Virus record (IMG/VR): IMGVR_UViG_3300022226_000002
Span: 1 to 64,000 of that record
Source of the DNA: a virus
Direction: 5' to 3' (one strand)
DNA: 64,000 nt
The notes under the pieces were generated by a model that was given only the letters and a program-made list of their open reading frames with translations, made no database searches and was not told where the DNA came from. How positions within the stretch are numbered: position 1 is the stretch's first letter; each line of letters begins with the position of its first letter. The position numbers and the translations under genes were made by a program. Shown piece by piece: positions 24,944 to 35,452 of this stretch.

Positions 24944-25342
24944 TCACCTCGACGGATACACGTAAATCGGCTTGTTGTAGTATCTGCTGCCTAGACCGTA
25001 AGGATTCCGAATGCTCTGCGGTGAATATGGACTGCCGAAACGTCCGTACGGGTTGCTCACCGAATCCCGCCTGTACGGGTTCACACTGAACTCCCCGTAA
25101 TACCTCCCTCCCGACCACAACTGCGGCGGACGAGTCGCGTACGGATTCGACCACGACTCATTGCTGAATCTGCTCCCGTAGCGACTGTAAGCGTTAAAAA
25201 GACCGTCCGGCCGAAAACGACTCCCCGCACCGTACGGGTTCTCAAGAGACTGCCCGTCGTAAGGACTCACACCCCATGCACCGACCTGGCCAAAACACGT
25301 CCCACCAAACAACAACACCAGTAAAAACACTATCCTGCTCAT
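24944..25342 (-). CDS. Secreted NPYG-repeat protein
   Basis: Signal peptide; repeated NPYG..GS.YS..S..NPY. Confidence 0.75.
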   Translation of the reverse strand: MSRIVFLLVLLFGGTCFGQVGAWGVSPYDGQSLENPYGAGSRFRPDGLFNAYSRYGSRFSNESWSNPYATRPPQLWSGGRYYGEFSVNPYRRDSVSNPYGRFGSPYSPQSIRNPYGLGSRYYNKPIYVYPSR

Positions 25343-25369
25343 CTCACCCCTCCCAAAACTAGAGTTGTG

Positions 25370-25397
25370 TTGACATTGTCACCAGCCGCAGTATAGT
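25370..25397 (+). promoter_or_regulatory. Sigma70-type promoter
   Basis: TTGACA-N16-TATAGT in a divergent intergenic region. Confidence 0.65.
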
Positions 25398-25440
25398 CGG
25401 CAACTAGAGGAATGCAACTCACAACCACACGGAAACTATC

Positions 25441-25806
25441 ATGAACGACACGTCAAGATCACCGTTCCCTGAGTTGGTCGCCAAAAACCTGCTCGAAGAC
25501 TGGCTCTGCAAACTTGCCAATATGAGCAACCTTCCACGCACTCGGGAAACCAATTCCAAAGTGCTGGATCACCTCCAACTACTCGATGGTGGCGCTTTCG
25601 AGGACACGTACGTGTTTGACGTAGACTTGATGAAAGATGGGGCCGAAATAGACATCAAAACCTTTGATGAAGATTGCCTGCAACCGCTACAAGAATTCGC
25701 AGACTGGGCTCGAGAATGGTTGGGCGGCAGATTTTATTTGCGGTTCAACGTCTTTCTCTTCCATGCAGCAACCACTTTTTCCAATACCAACCAGGAGACA
25801 CCATGA
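25441..25806 (+). CDS. Hypothetical protein
   Basis: 121 aa; ATGA overlap with the DHH gene. Confidence 0.6.
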   Translation: MNDTSRSPFPELVAKNLLEDWLCKLANMSNLPRTRETNSKVLDHLQLLDGGAFEDTYVFDVDLMKDGAEIDIKTFDEDCLQPLQEFADWAREWLGGRFYLRFNVFLFHAATTFSNTNQETP

Positions 25807-26657
25807 AACCACTATGCCTCTACCACCGCTCTGACCTGGACGGAAAATGCTCCGGCCACATCGTCTCCAGATTCGTCGAAGATGTTGAACTACTAGGCGT
25901 CGAATACGGTGACGAACTGCCCTGGAATCAGTTCAATAGCCGCACTATCTACCTCGTCGACTTCTCGCTTCAGCCATGGTCCGATATGGAACGACTCGCC
26001 GAGGTCTCCGAACACCTCATCTGGATCGATCACCATAAATCCGCACTCCTCGACTACGACGAATCCGGACTGAATCTCGACGGCCGCCTAGATACCACAA
26101 AAGCCGCCTGTGAACTCTGCTGGGAATTCTTCACCAGCAAACCAATACCCAAAGCCGTATACCTGCTCGGAAGATACGACGTCTGGGACCTCGCTGCAGA
26201 TGATCTCGTCCTACCCTTCCAAATGGGCATGAGACTCCAACCCTGGAGCCCAGACGACAAACAATGGGATCTGTTCTTCCAAATCGGATGGGAAGATCAC
26301 CTCTTCCCTATCGTCAGAGACGGAAACGTCATCCTCAAATACCAAGAAAACACCAACCGACGTATCATGGCCAAAGCCTTCGAGCACGAGTGGGAGGGAT
26401 ACCTCTTCCTCGCCGTAAACGCCGGGGGACTCAACTCGCAAGCATTCGAGTCCAGATACGATCCAGATGAACACCACGCCGTCATGGCCTTCTTCTACGA
26501 CGGCTCCCAAAAACAATGGACCGTTTCCATGTACTCCCCAGATCAATCTTCGGACCTGTCAGGACTAGCCAAAAAGATGGGCGGAGGCGGTCACGCTGCC
26601 GCTTGCGGGTTCCAAGTCAATTCCCTCGCTCAAATCGGACTAAACGACGAGTACTAA
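25803..26657 (+). CDS. DHH/DHHA1 family phosphoesterase
   Basis: YHRSDLDG, LVDFS, WIDHHKS, GGGGHAAACGF; AGGAG RBS before 25803. Confidence 0.9.
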   Translation: MKPLCLYHRSDLDGKCSGHIVSRFVEDVELLGVEYGDELPWNQFNSRTIYLVDFSLQPWSDMERLAEVSEHLIWIDHHKSALLDYDESGLNLDGRLDTTKAACELCWEFFTSKPIPKAVYLLGRYDVWDLAADDLVLPFQMGMRLQPWSPDDKQWDLFFQIGWEDHLFPIVRDGNVILKYQENTNRRIMAKAFEHEWEGYLFLAVNAGGLNSQAFESRYDPDEHHAVMAFFYDGSQKQWTVSMYSPDQSSDLSGLAKKMGGGGHAAACGFQVNSLAQIGLNDEY

Positions 26658-26663
26658 ACTCAC

Positions 26664-28058
26664 ATGACACTCATCCTCGACCGTGACGGAGTTCAAATAC
26701 ACCAAGGCGATTGCCTCGAAACGCTCGCCAAGCTCCCCAATCGCTCCGTTCACTGCTGCGTCACCAGCCCTCCATACTGGGGACTCAGGTCGTACGGCAC
26801 TGATCCATCGGTCTGGGGCGGCGATATGAGCTGTGAACATGAGTGGGAATCCGTCTCGCACTATGGCGGCGGCGGGCAGCCTAGCGATAAACAACGGTGG
26901 CAACACACCGGATCTGGCCCAAGCGGACACCCCAAAGTCGAAACGGGCACTTGCCAACTCTGCGGCGCCTGGCTCGGTTCACTCGGGCTCGAACCCACCC
27001 CCGAACTCTACGTTCAGCACATCGTCGAAGTCTTCCGGGAAGTACGCCGTGTACTACGGGACGATGCCACACTTTGGCTTAATCTGGGGGATTCATACGC
27101 CACAGGCGCCGGCAAGGCCAATAACCCTGGAAGCGATGCCCGGCCTCGAGGTGATCGACCCGGTTCGGCCGCCGGAAAGGCCGAATACGCCGACTTCCCC
27201 GCCTGCCAGCCCAATCGAATGCCCATCGCCGGTCTCAAACCTAAAGACCTCGTCGGTATCCCCTGGCGAGTAGCCTTCGCACTCCAAGCCGATGGCTGGT
27301 TTCTCCGCCAGGACATCATCTGGGCAAAACCAGCTCCCATGCCCGAATCGGTTCGGGACCGCTGCACAAAAGCCCACGAATACATCTTCCTGCTCTCTAA
27401 GTCCCAACGGTACTACTTTGACTCGGAGGCGATCGCGGAGCCATCAACCGATCCAGAGTCATACCGGGCCAGGACACCAAGGAATGAGGACGCTGGATAT
27501 CTTTCTGACAAGGATCGAATGCGAACGCGTGTATGTGAATCGGCGAACGGGAAGAGTTACCCAACCCGAAACAAACGCTCCGTATGGACTGTAAACACCA
27601 AACCATACCCCAAGGCCCACAAGGCCCACTTCGCCACCTTCCCACCAAAACTAATCGAACCCTGCATACTAGCCGGATGCCCCGCTGCCTGCTGCTCAAA
27701 GTGCGGCGCACCGTGGGTTCGCGTCACCCAGCGGGTCGACAAGGGCTACGACGGCAGCCGATATGGTGAAAACGCCGTGAACGCCACCGGTGGGGCAATC
27801 TCTGGCGGGACAGACAAGAGTACCCTCGGCAGTAGCGGAGGAAAACTCACAGGGGCTACCGAGACGATGGGATTTGAACCCACCTGCCAGTGTGGCGAGG
27901 GAAAAGCCCATGGTACCGTCCTAGACCCGTTCCTAGGCTCCGGTACCACCGCCGAAGTCGCGCAATCACTCGGAAGACGATCCATCGGTATCGAACTCAA
28001 TCCCGATTACTGCTCCCTCGCCGCCGATCGATTCAAACAACGGATACTCTTCCCATAA
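26664..28058 (+). CDS. DNA methyltransferase (beta class, N4-C/N6-A)
   Basis: VTSPPY, WLNLGDSY, HFATFP, VLDPFLGSGTT, IGIELN. Confidence 0.93.
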   Translation: MTLILDRDGVQIHQGDCLETLAKLPNRSVHCCVTSPPYWGLRSYGTDPSVWGGDMSCEHEWESVSHYGGGGQPSDKQRWQHTGSGPSGHPKVETGTCQLCGAWLGSLGLEPTPELYVQHIVEVFREVRRVLRDDATLWLNLGDSYATGAGKANNPGSDARPRGDRPGSAAGKAEYADFPACQPNRMPIAGLKPKDLVGIPWRVAFALQADGWFLRQDIIWAKPAPMPESVRDRCTKAHEYIFLLSKSQRYYFDSEAIAEPSTDPESYRARTPRNEDAGYLSDKDRMRTRVCESANGKSYPTRNKRSVWTVNTKPYPKAHKAHFATFPPKLIEPCILAGCPAACCSKCGAPWVRVTQRVDKGYDGSRYGENAVNATGGAISGGTDKSTLGSSGGKLTGATETMGFEPTCQCGEGKAHGTVLDPFLGSGTTAEVAQSLGRRSIGIELNPDYCSLAADRFKQRILFP

Positions 28059-28588
28059 GGGTGCGGCTTCCATACACCATTTCCTAGGACTCCCACCCAT
28101 AACCACTAAAACACCAACTACCAATAAACATGGACCCGGTGACGCAAGCTGAAAATCTCTTGTCAGTACAGAGGTATATACGCAGGGGACCCGGCGGCCG
28201 GCCGGGGGGGTCCGGTTGGGTTTCCGGCCGAGATGGACCGCCGCGGCGCCGAGCACCTGGGCCGGCAGCTCCACCAGGCCCACCCCACAGCCCACCGCAG
28301 CGGCCACAGCTGCGACCCACGAGCCACCCCACCCCACCAGCCACGCAGCAGCCCTATGGCCTGGCCACCTCACCACTTACGCAGCCCACCCACCACGCAC
28401 AGCCCACAGCCCTGCGCCCATGGGCCACACCACACACAGCACACACCACCACCACACCCACGGCGCCCGTGACATGGGGGTGAACCGGGAATCGGGGTCA
28501 GCCACCCCAGCACCATGGCGCAAGGACTTAGGAGCCAAAAGGCGCATTGTGCGCGTCCTTATGGGGGGGGTGCTAGGCGTCCGCGAAT

Positions 28589-28632
28589 CGGGGATAGGAC
28601 GGGGATAGGGCGGGGATAGGGCGGGGATAGGG
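28589..28632. repeat. 4 x 11-bp tandem repeat CGGGGATAGG(A/G)
   Basis: Read directly from the sequence. Confidence 0.9.
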
Positions 28633-28639
28633 CAACGTG

Positions 28640-29575
28640 TCAGTCGTCGGCTTCCATGTCGGCCAGCAGATCGCGGACTTCCGAAATGGCCAGCTTTTCC
28701 CGGCGGATGTGGGCGGCCTCGTCCTCCTGGGCGGCCGTCGCGCGGGCTGCAATGTCGCAGTACTTGCTGTAAGCCCGAATCGAGGTTTCCAGCCAGCCGA
28801 TGGCGGCCTTTGACGGTGCCGGCCGATCAGCTCGGCTTAGATCCACCCGAACGGCCCCGCCGGGCAATTCCTCTACCACGTCGATCCGGGAAGACTGCAC
28901 CCATTGAATCTCGGAGGCCAGGCTGGCGTTCGACTGCAGGGCTGGCCAGCCGGCAGGTAGGGCACCGAGCCCGGAAACGCCGGCCGGGGCGGGTTCCGGG
29001 GCCTCGAGCGGTTCGGGCTCTGGGGCTTCCGGCTCCGGTTCGGGGATCGGCTCCGGCTCGGGCATTTCCAGGTAGGCCGGGTCAACACCAGGAGGTGGGA
29101 ACTCAGCCAGAACAACCCGCCAGGCATGATCGGCCGCAGACGCACGGGTCAGACCAGCCGCAACCCCCTGACGTATCAAATCTTTCCGTCGTCGGTCAAC
29201 CTCCCAGCGGCGACCCTCCAGAATCCAGCGATTGGTGGCCTGGGATCGTGTCTCCTCGCGCGCGAAAGGAAGGCCACCCGGCGAATCCTGCCCCGCGGCA
29301 CCGTCACCGGCCGGAGTGACGCCCCCCGTTTCGAGTTGTGGCGGTTCAGTCTGATCCTGTTTGGTTGGTTGTCGCGTTGGCTGTCCGGTTGCGTTGTCTT
29401 GGTTGTTCTCTAGGGTAGCGTTGGAAGTGGCGTCGGAAACGGTCGCGGCTGGTCGCTTGCAGGGCTGGGGCTGGGGCTGTGGTTTCTTCTTTGGGGGTGG
29501 CTGTGGGGGTTGTTCAGCTTCGGAAACAGCCGGGGTGTGCACCAGGGGCGCGCTTTTTCGCTTGCGTTTGCTCAC
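28640..29575 (-). CDS. Hypothetical protein (possible small terminase/DNA-binding protein)
   Basis: 311 aa, GTG start with GGAG RBS; disordered N-terminus and helical C-terminus. The function is a positional guess. Confidence 0.5.
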   Translation of the reverse strand: MSKRKRKSAPLVHTPAVSEAEQPPQPPPKKKPQPQPQPCKRPAATVSDATSNATLENNQDNATGQPTRQPTKQDQTEPPQLETGGVTPAGDGAAGQDSPGGLPFAREETRSQATNRWILEGRRWEVDRRRKDLIRQGVAAGLTRASAADHAWRVVLAEFPPPGVDPAYLEMPEPEPIPEPEPEAPEPEPLEAPEPAPAGVSGLGALPAGWPALQSNASLASEIQWVQSSRIDVVEELPGGAVRVDLSRADRPAPSKAAIGWLETSIRAYSKYCDIAARATAAQEDEAAHIRREKLAISEVRDLLADMEADD

Positions 29576-29877
29576 TTGGTGTTCCCTCCTTCACCGAACT
29601 GCGCGACTCCGAGCCCCTCAAAGAACGCCTTTGCGGCGGTGTGGGCGTCTCGAGCCATCTGGCGGAGGTGCTCGGGGTCGTCTGCGGCGGTCTCCCCGAC
29701 CTGGAACCCACACTCCGGGCAGACGTGGTGCCCCCCCAGGTGGTCGGCTGCCAGGCGGGAGTAGATCTGGAGGGAAAGAGCCTGCACCGCCTGGGAAATG
29801 GCGGCCTCGGTGGCTTTCCTCTGCTGGCCAATCGTGGGCACCGGAATACCGAAGGGTGGCGAGTTTCGACCGTTCAC
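29572..29877 (-). CDS. Hypothetical protein
   Basis: GGAG RBS; CPECG; overlaps start of next gene. Confidence 0.55.
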   Translation of the reverse strand: MNGRNSPPFGIPVPTIGQQRKATEAAISQAVQALSLQIYSRLAADHLGGHHVCPECGFQVGETAADDPEHLRQMARDAHTAAKAFFEGLGVAQFGEGGNTK

Positions 29878-30007
29878 GGGCTCTCCCCTTATTGAGACTG
29901 GCCAGAATTCTGGCAGGTGTCCAGCGTCGAGGGGCCGGGAGATCGTGCGTTAGGCGGCCTCTCCGGGCCTCTGATTGGGGGATTATAGCCGGAAACGGCC
30001 CCGAGTC

Positions 30008-30277
30008 TCAATAAGAGCCGGTTTTTGGGTTGTAGCCGCCGTCTGGTTCTGAAAACTGATTTTCAGGTTTTTCAGCGGAGGAAAGGATAGCGGCCGCCAG
30101 TTCCGAAACGGTCTGCCCGGTAGCGGCAGCGTGCGCCCGAAGGCGCGCGGCTGTGCGGACCGGCACGTATACGCTGATCGTTTCCATGGGCTCCGGGTGT
30201 GCCGGCGGGCGACCTGCTCCCGGCCTGCGTCCGCCGTGGCCTTGTTTTCCCGCTGTTTTTGGGGTGTTTTGGGGCAT
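30008..30277 (-). CDS. AT-hook/RHH-type transcription regulator
   Basis: HGGRRPGAGRP followed by ISVYVP...AAATGQTVSEL. Confidence 0.7.
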   Translation of the reverse strand: MPQNTPKTAGKQGHGGRRPGAGRPPAHPEPMETISVYVPVRTAARLRAHAAATGQTVSELAAAILSSAEKPENQFSEPDGGYNPKTGSY

Positions 30278-30610
30278 GGCTGAATTATCTTGATTTTCTT
30301 TGCGGATTCATGTGGACACGGCACGAATAGTGTATATGATTCACTGTTGACATTCAAGACATGGGCGCCAACCATGACCACCACACAAATCAGCCCCGCT
30401 CGATTCCCCTCTACCCGGTTGGCGCCTGGTTTGGAATTCGGGCGGGGCTTTCTCTTTGGAGCAAATGAGCATGTACCACGTAACCTGCTGCAATGGCTAC
30501 TATTCCGTAGGGTCAACCAGCGACCCGAACAAGGCGGTTGAAATCGCCCGCGCCACGCCCTCAAGTCCGCCCCCGTACGACCACGCCACCCGGACAGGAA
30601 TGTACGACCG

Positions 30611-30799
30611 ATGACCACAAACAGCCCACAAGAAGAAGTCTTGGCGCTGGCGTTCGCGCTTACTCAGCTCTGCAACATATGCGACGAAGACGCCAGCGAC
30701 GGCCTGCTATGGGCGGAACGGGTGGCCGCTGAAGTCGCCAAGGCGCGGAGGCTTTTAGAACTGATCGACGCCCGCAAGTACACCCGACAGGAGCCCTGA
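30611..30799 (+). CDS. Small early-type protein
   Basis: MTT start with upstream AGGA. Confidence 0.55.
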   Translation: MTTNSPQEEVLALAFALTQLCNICDEDASDGLLWAERVAAEVAKARRLLELIDARKYTRQEP

Positions 30800-30803
30800 A
30801 ACG

Positions 30804-31329
30804 ATGACCACGACCAACGAACACCTTTCAACGGATTCCCCAGGCTGGGCGCCCATGTGGGAAGCTCTGGCCGACGCCACCGGCGACCGTGCCGACTATT
30901 GCCCCGAAACCAACGAAGTGTGGCAGTACATGGGCACTTACGACGGCGCGCACCAGTTCCGCCACCGTCACCGCCCCGAGAGTTGCCCACCGATCAAGGG
31001 CTTTGCTGGAAAGCACTGCGACCGGGTTTACTTGCACCTCGACGCGGAAACGCTGCGAGTGACGCGGGTACACGTTCGGCTTTACCTCGACGACTCGGCC
31101 AGTATCTACGCCGGGCACGTTCACGGGCCGGGCAACACGCCACCACGGCCAAGCGGCGGCAGCTCCGACATTACCGGGGAGGAACACGAGCGCATGAACT
31201 GCCCGCGCTGCGGCGGCAATCACCCCCTGCGAGACTGCCCGCGCCCCGATCAGGAGCAATTCGAGGCCAATTGCGGCGGCGCTTTCGATGGCTTCAACCG
31301 TTACTTCCGACGCTGACCCAGGACTCTAA
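30804..31329 (+). CDS. Hypothetical protein, apparent frameshift near 3' end
   Basis: EVWQYMGT...HQFRHR motif; alternative frame ends VTSDADPGL*. Confidence 0.5.
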
Positions 31330-31362
31330 AACCGTCGCAACGACGGCAAGGAACCCGAAACC

Positions 31363-31758
31363 ATGACCACGACACGCAAACGCCGAAACTGCCGATTCTG
31401 GGCCTACGTCAACGGCGGCCCGGTCAAGATCACCCTCAAGCCCGGTCAACGGCTCGAACACTCCGAGGGTGGCCCCACCGATGAGGGCTGGCATTGTGAC
31501 TCCACCGCCTGGGAATACCCCGCAGACGAGGCGGCAGTGTACCGCGAATGGTGCAGCGATGGCCGCGACTGCGACGGACGGCTTACCCACAGCGGGGAGG
31601 ATCGGTGCCCACTCGATCAGCTCGACGCGGGCAACGTGCCGTATGTGACCGACGAAGACAACCACGCCACCTGGTGGGGAGTGATCTGGCCTGACTGGCA
31701 GGAACACCGGAACCACGGGGGTACGACGAATACGCCCAGGCTGCCGGCTATTGAGTGA
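31363..31758 (+). CDS. Hypothetical protein, apparent frameshift near 3' end
   Basis: VKITLKPGQ..PTDEGW..DGRDCDGRL; alternative frame ends YDEYAQAAGY*. Confidence 0.6.
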   Translation: MTTTRKRRNCRFWAYVNGGPVKITLKPGQRLEHSEGGPTDEGWHCDSTAWEYPADEAAVYREWCSDGRDCDGRLTHSGEDRCPLDQLDAGNVPYVTDEDNHATWWGVIWPDWQEHRNHGGTTNTPRLPAIE

Positions 31759-31859
31759 GCCGAGGACACGCGGCGCGACGGTCGCGCCGCGTTCCTCGTT
31801 TCATTCCGAAACGACCGGCTGGGCGGTTTCCCAGCGACCACGACCGGAGGCCACGACAG

Positions 31860-32072
31860 ATGACCACGACCTTCCAAATCTACGTAGACCGAGGCAACGG
31901 CCTGGAACTCGACGGATGCTGGGGCAGTGAACATGCCCAATTCGAGAGCCAACAGGAAGCCGCAGAAGCCGCCCAGCACTTACACAACTGCTACCCGGAC
32001 TGTGAATGGGTGGTAGTGGATGAATTCACTGAGAACGAAATCCTACGCTTGCCCACCTCACCACGACCTTAG
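31860..32072 (+). CDS. Small hypothetical protein
   Basis: Start MTTTFQIYVD after GGAGG. Confidence 0.6.
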   Translation: MTTTFQIYVDRGNGLELDGCWGSEHAQFESQQEAAEAAQHLHNCYPDCEWVVVDEFTENEILRLPTSPRP

Positions 32073-32084
32073 GAGGGTTAGAAC

Positions 32085-32636
32085 ATGGGCCTCGACATGT
32101 ACCTGTACAAGAGAACGTATGTCAAAAACTGGGATCATTACCCAAAAGACGAGAGACACCACGTCACAGTGCGAAAAGGTACCGCCTTACACCCTGAAAT
32201 TAAACCAGAACGGGTGTGCTACATCATTGAACAGGTGGCCTACTGGAGGAAGGCAAACGCCATTCACAGGTGGTTCGTGGAGAACGTCCAAGACGGAAAC
32301 GATAACTGCGGCGAGCACTACCTTGAAAGGGACCAGATAGAAAGCTTGGTCAATCTCTGCAAAGAAGTCTTGAGCACCGTCGAGACCGTCGAGGGCGATG
32401 TCAGCACCGGGACCAGTTACTACCCTGATGGCCGGGTTGAACATCACTCAAAGCGTGGCCCAAAAGTCGCTCAGGTGAGCATTGCAGAGGACAAGCTGCC
32501 CACGCAATCGGGGTTCTTTTTCGGTGGCACAGAATACGACGAATACTACCTCGAAGACCTCAAACAAACGGTAAAGATGCTCGAGCCGCTGCTTGACGAG
32601 ACGGAAGGCGATTTTTACTACCGTTCTTCGTGGTAA
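32085..32636 (+). CDS. Conserved phage hypothetical protein (MGLDMY...YWRKAN family)
   Basis: MGLDMYL, YWRKANAIHRWFV, LPTQSGFFFG, FYYRSSW. Confidence 0.85.
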   Translation: MGLDMYLYKRTYVKNWDHYPKDERHHVTVRKGTALHPEIKPERVCYIIEQVAYWRKANAIHRWFVENVQDGNDNCGEHYLERDQIESLVNLCKEVLSTVETVEGDVSTGTSYYPDGRVEHHSKRGPKVAQVSIAEDKLPTQSGFFFGGTEYDEYYLEDLKQTVKMLEPLLDETEGDFYYRSSW

Positions 32637-32958
32637 ATCTGATGACCTAACAGAGAAGGAACACGACGATGGAAGATGCATTAGTTGAACTCGCCCACGC
32701 CGCAATCAGCGGCGCTTGCTGGCTGGCCGCCGTTTACTGGATCGGTCGCCCGCTCGTCTTATTGGGTATCGACCTGGCGAAAGCCAAGTACATTCCGACA
32801 CCACCGCCACGCCAGAAACCCCGCGAGGTGACACCATGATCGCTGAAACGATAATCAGCCTATCGGTGCTCATCACGGCCGGATTCGGGCTGGCCTACTG
32901 CGTCGCCGTTCTTACGCGAGACGAAACAGGCTAGGGATTCGTCGTGGTCTCCCTAGCA

Positions 32959-32997
32959 GCGCCGGGTCGGTCACTGAACCGGCCCGGCGTCTTTTTT
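32959..32997 (+). terminator. Intrinsic terminator
   Basis: GCGCCGGGTCGGT / ACCGGCCCGGCGT stem followed by CTTTTTT. Confidence 0.8.
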
Positions 32998-33017
32998 ACC
33001 CCCGAACGGAGCACAAA

Positions 33018-33293
33018 ATGAAAACTGTAGCCAGCCAGCTCAGCGTACAGATCGGCAACCTAAGAGCCGAGAATCACGAACTGCGGATCAACACGACCCA
33101 CCTGGAATGGTTGCTCGCAAACGCGCACGAGTCGCTCCAGGAGCAGACCGCCGAAATCGAGCGGCTGAGGAACCTTCTAATCGAGCGAGAAGTCTGCCCC
33201 GACTGTGGGAACATGACCGTCGAAGTGGACGAGGATGGGCGCTGGTTCTGCACTTCGGGATTGCCAGGCTGCCAAAACAATGACGGAGGCTAA
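33018..33293 (+). CDS. Coiled-coil and Zn-ribbon small protein
   Basis: AEIERLR; CPDCG...WFC...C. Confidence 0.6.
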   Translation: MKTVASQLSVQIGNLRAENHELRINTTHLEWLLANAHESLQEQTAEIERLRNLLIEREVCPDCGNMTVEVDEDGRWFCTSGLPGCQNNDGG

Positions 33294-33580
33294 CCATGCT
33301 GGAAACTATCGGACTCGTACTGTTCCGATCCGCGGTCATCACCGGCCTGGGGTTGACCCTTCTGTGCCTCGTAATCTGGACCGACGAATGAACTACGAGC
33401 ACTCGGGACACAAGCATTTCTGCTGCCCCTGATCGTCTTCGACGATTACGACGTTCGCCCACCACCAAATCCGCCAGCAGTTATGGCAACGGATACACGA
33501 TTCGTACGTCTCGCCGCCGCTGACGGGACAGCGGGGGGTTCCGTCCCCATGAAATCCCTCGTGTTCTGTCGTACCGGGAA

Positions 33581-34042
33581 TCACCGGCAGAATTCTTGGT
33601 ACAGCCCCTCCGCTTCCCAGGTGTAATACTCCGCAATCCATGCGTAGTAGGCTGCGTTTCCCCAGTCCTGAGCAGCGAAATACCCGTCAGATAACGCCAT
33701 CGCGCTATCGGCCCCAATCATGTAGTTTTCTGCTGGATGCCAGTAATTCTCCATATCAAACTGCGTCGCTGGGCCGGTCTGTGGGTTCTGGCTACGCTCC
33801 TCGGCCTCATCCCTCGCGGCGCTCGCAAATCCGAATCCAACAGCGGCCTCGTGTCTTTGCTGAGTAGCCTGCATTTCACTCGGCGTGCTCATCATGTCAG
33901 CGAGACGATCCCCGCCTGTTGCCGAAAGCCACCGCTCCATCCGCTGCAACTGGTCGATACCGACGACCAGATTGATGTCGACGGCTTCTGCGGACGAACA
34001 CACGCCCACGATCAGTGCTGCTGCGATCAGTGCCGTTTTCAT
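33581..34042 (-). CDS. Secreted hypothetical protein
   Basis: Start MKTALIAAAL after GGAG; signal peptide. Confidence 0.65.
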   Translation of the reverse strand: MKTALIAAALIVGVCSSAEAVDINLVVGIDQLQRMERWLSATGGDRLADMMSTPSEMQATQQRHEAAVGFGFASAARDEAEERSQNPQTGPATQFDMENYWHPAENYMIGADSAMALSDGYFAAQDWGNAAYYAWIAEYYTWEAEGLYQEFCR

Positions 34043-34094
34043 GGTTTTTCTCCAGAGAACCACCATACCCGTTACTGCAGCTCGTCGTATCATC

Positions 34095-34304
34095 TCATTC
34101 CCCTTTTTTGGATTCCTCGAGCCTCTCGCGATAAGCGTTGTCAGCCTCGTACGATTTCTGTGCTGCTCTGTACGGCTCTAGCTTTGCAACCTCAGACCGT
34201 AGTCGCTCGATTTCGTCGGCTGCTTCTTGTAGGTATGCACAGGCATAGCCGTTGGGCAAAGTCTGAGCACACGCCCTTAGCCGTTCAACGATGTAGTCGC
34301 TCAC
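34095..34304 (-). CDS. Small coiled-coil protein (EIERLR family)
   Basis: GTG start after GGAGG; SDYIVERLR...EAADEIERLR. Confidence 0.65.
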   Translation of the reverse strand: MSDYIVERLRACAQTLPNGYACAYLQEAADEIERLRSEVAKLEPYRAAQKSYEADNAYRERLEESKKGE

Positions 34305-35412
34305 GTTAACCTCCCTATGCGTTTCTGTACTTTCGTCCCCTTCACCAGAATCAGCCACCCCTGCTCCCGAAACACGTACGCACCGCTGACGTTGTGCTCG
34401 TACCGCTCAAAGCTCAGGCGCCGGCGAGTAGTATGTGCCCGCCAGCGCTTCGCGACATCCGTCACCTTACACACTGAAAGGAGCGTACCGGCTGGAATCT
34501 CGAAGCGATCACACACAGAACAACAACTCCTCCGACGCTCTCGTGGCCGCTGTATACCGCCATCGATCGAGCAGGCTCAAACTCAACAACAACGTAGTCT
34601 TGCATAGCTTTCCCTCTCAATGTCTTATCGACGAGGTATGAACGTCGTTTGTGCTAACCCGGCCCAGGAGTTCGCAGGACAACCCGTCAGCGCAATGCCC
34701 CCCCCTCCCCGCTACTTGTTTTTCGACGCCGCTCAGCAACCCCTCCAACGTCGCCCAGCATTTGCGCAGTTGCTGGGAATTCATCACGCAACTTGGGATA
34801 TGACTCCCTAGGCCGAGTCCGTAGACCCGCCACCAGCCCGGAACAGTGTCAGTGCCCGGCATTCTGGATCATGGCCATTGCGTGATTGGCTCTTTTTCCG
34901 GTGTCGCTGTGCCTGCTGGCCTTGGCTCCGGTCACCTGGCTTCGCCTTACCATCTACCGCTACACCTACGTGGGTGGAATGTGGGCGCAAAAAAGGCCCT
35001 CGGCAGAGCCAGGCAGCACAAGGGGATTGCCTTGTTCGGTGTCCTGGTTGCCGAGGAATTGTGCCGGCGCCCGCGGGAGCGGGAATGTCCCAGCCTTCCC
35101 CGCGGGCTAAACGTCCGCTTAATGGCGCGGATGTTGAGTCGAAATAGACGGTTGCCTGACCTGACCCCAGGCAGTAGCCCCACGCAAGGCCGGGTCGCGA
35201 ACACCGGCCGCCGGCTAGAACCGTCGCAGATATTGGTGGGAATCTGTCGCCTTCTACGACCCGGTTTGGACCCGGTGACTCTGTATCTGGGCGGGTTCGC
35301 ACATTCCGAATTCCGTGGTGCATGCGGATGTGTGAAGCACCCTCCCACGTTACGGCAGCAAGGCGAGGTGGTTTGGTGCCCCTCGCACGCCATAGCCCAG
35401 TAGCCAAATTCC

Positions 35413-35452
35413 CAAAAAAAGAGCCCCCGACAGTTGCGAAGTGTCGAGGGCC
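35413..35452 (-). terminator. Intrinsic terminator
   Basis: GCCCTCGACA / TGTCGGGGGC stem followed by TCTTTTTTT. Confidence 0.75.
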
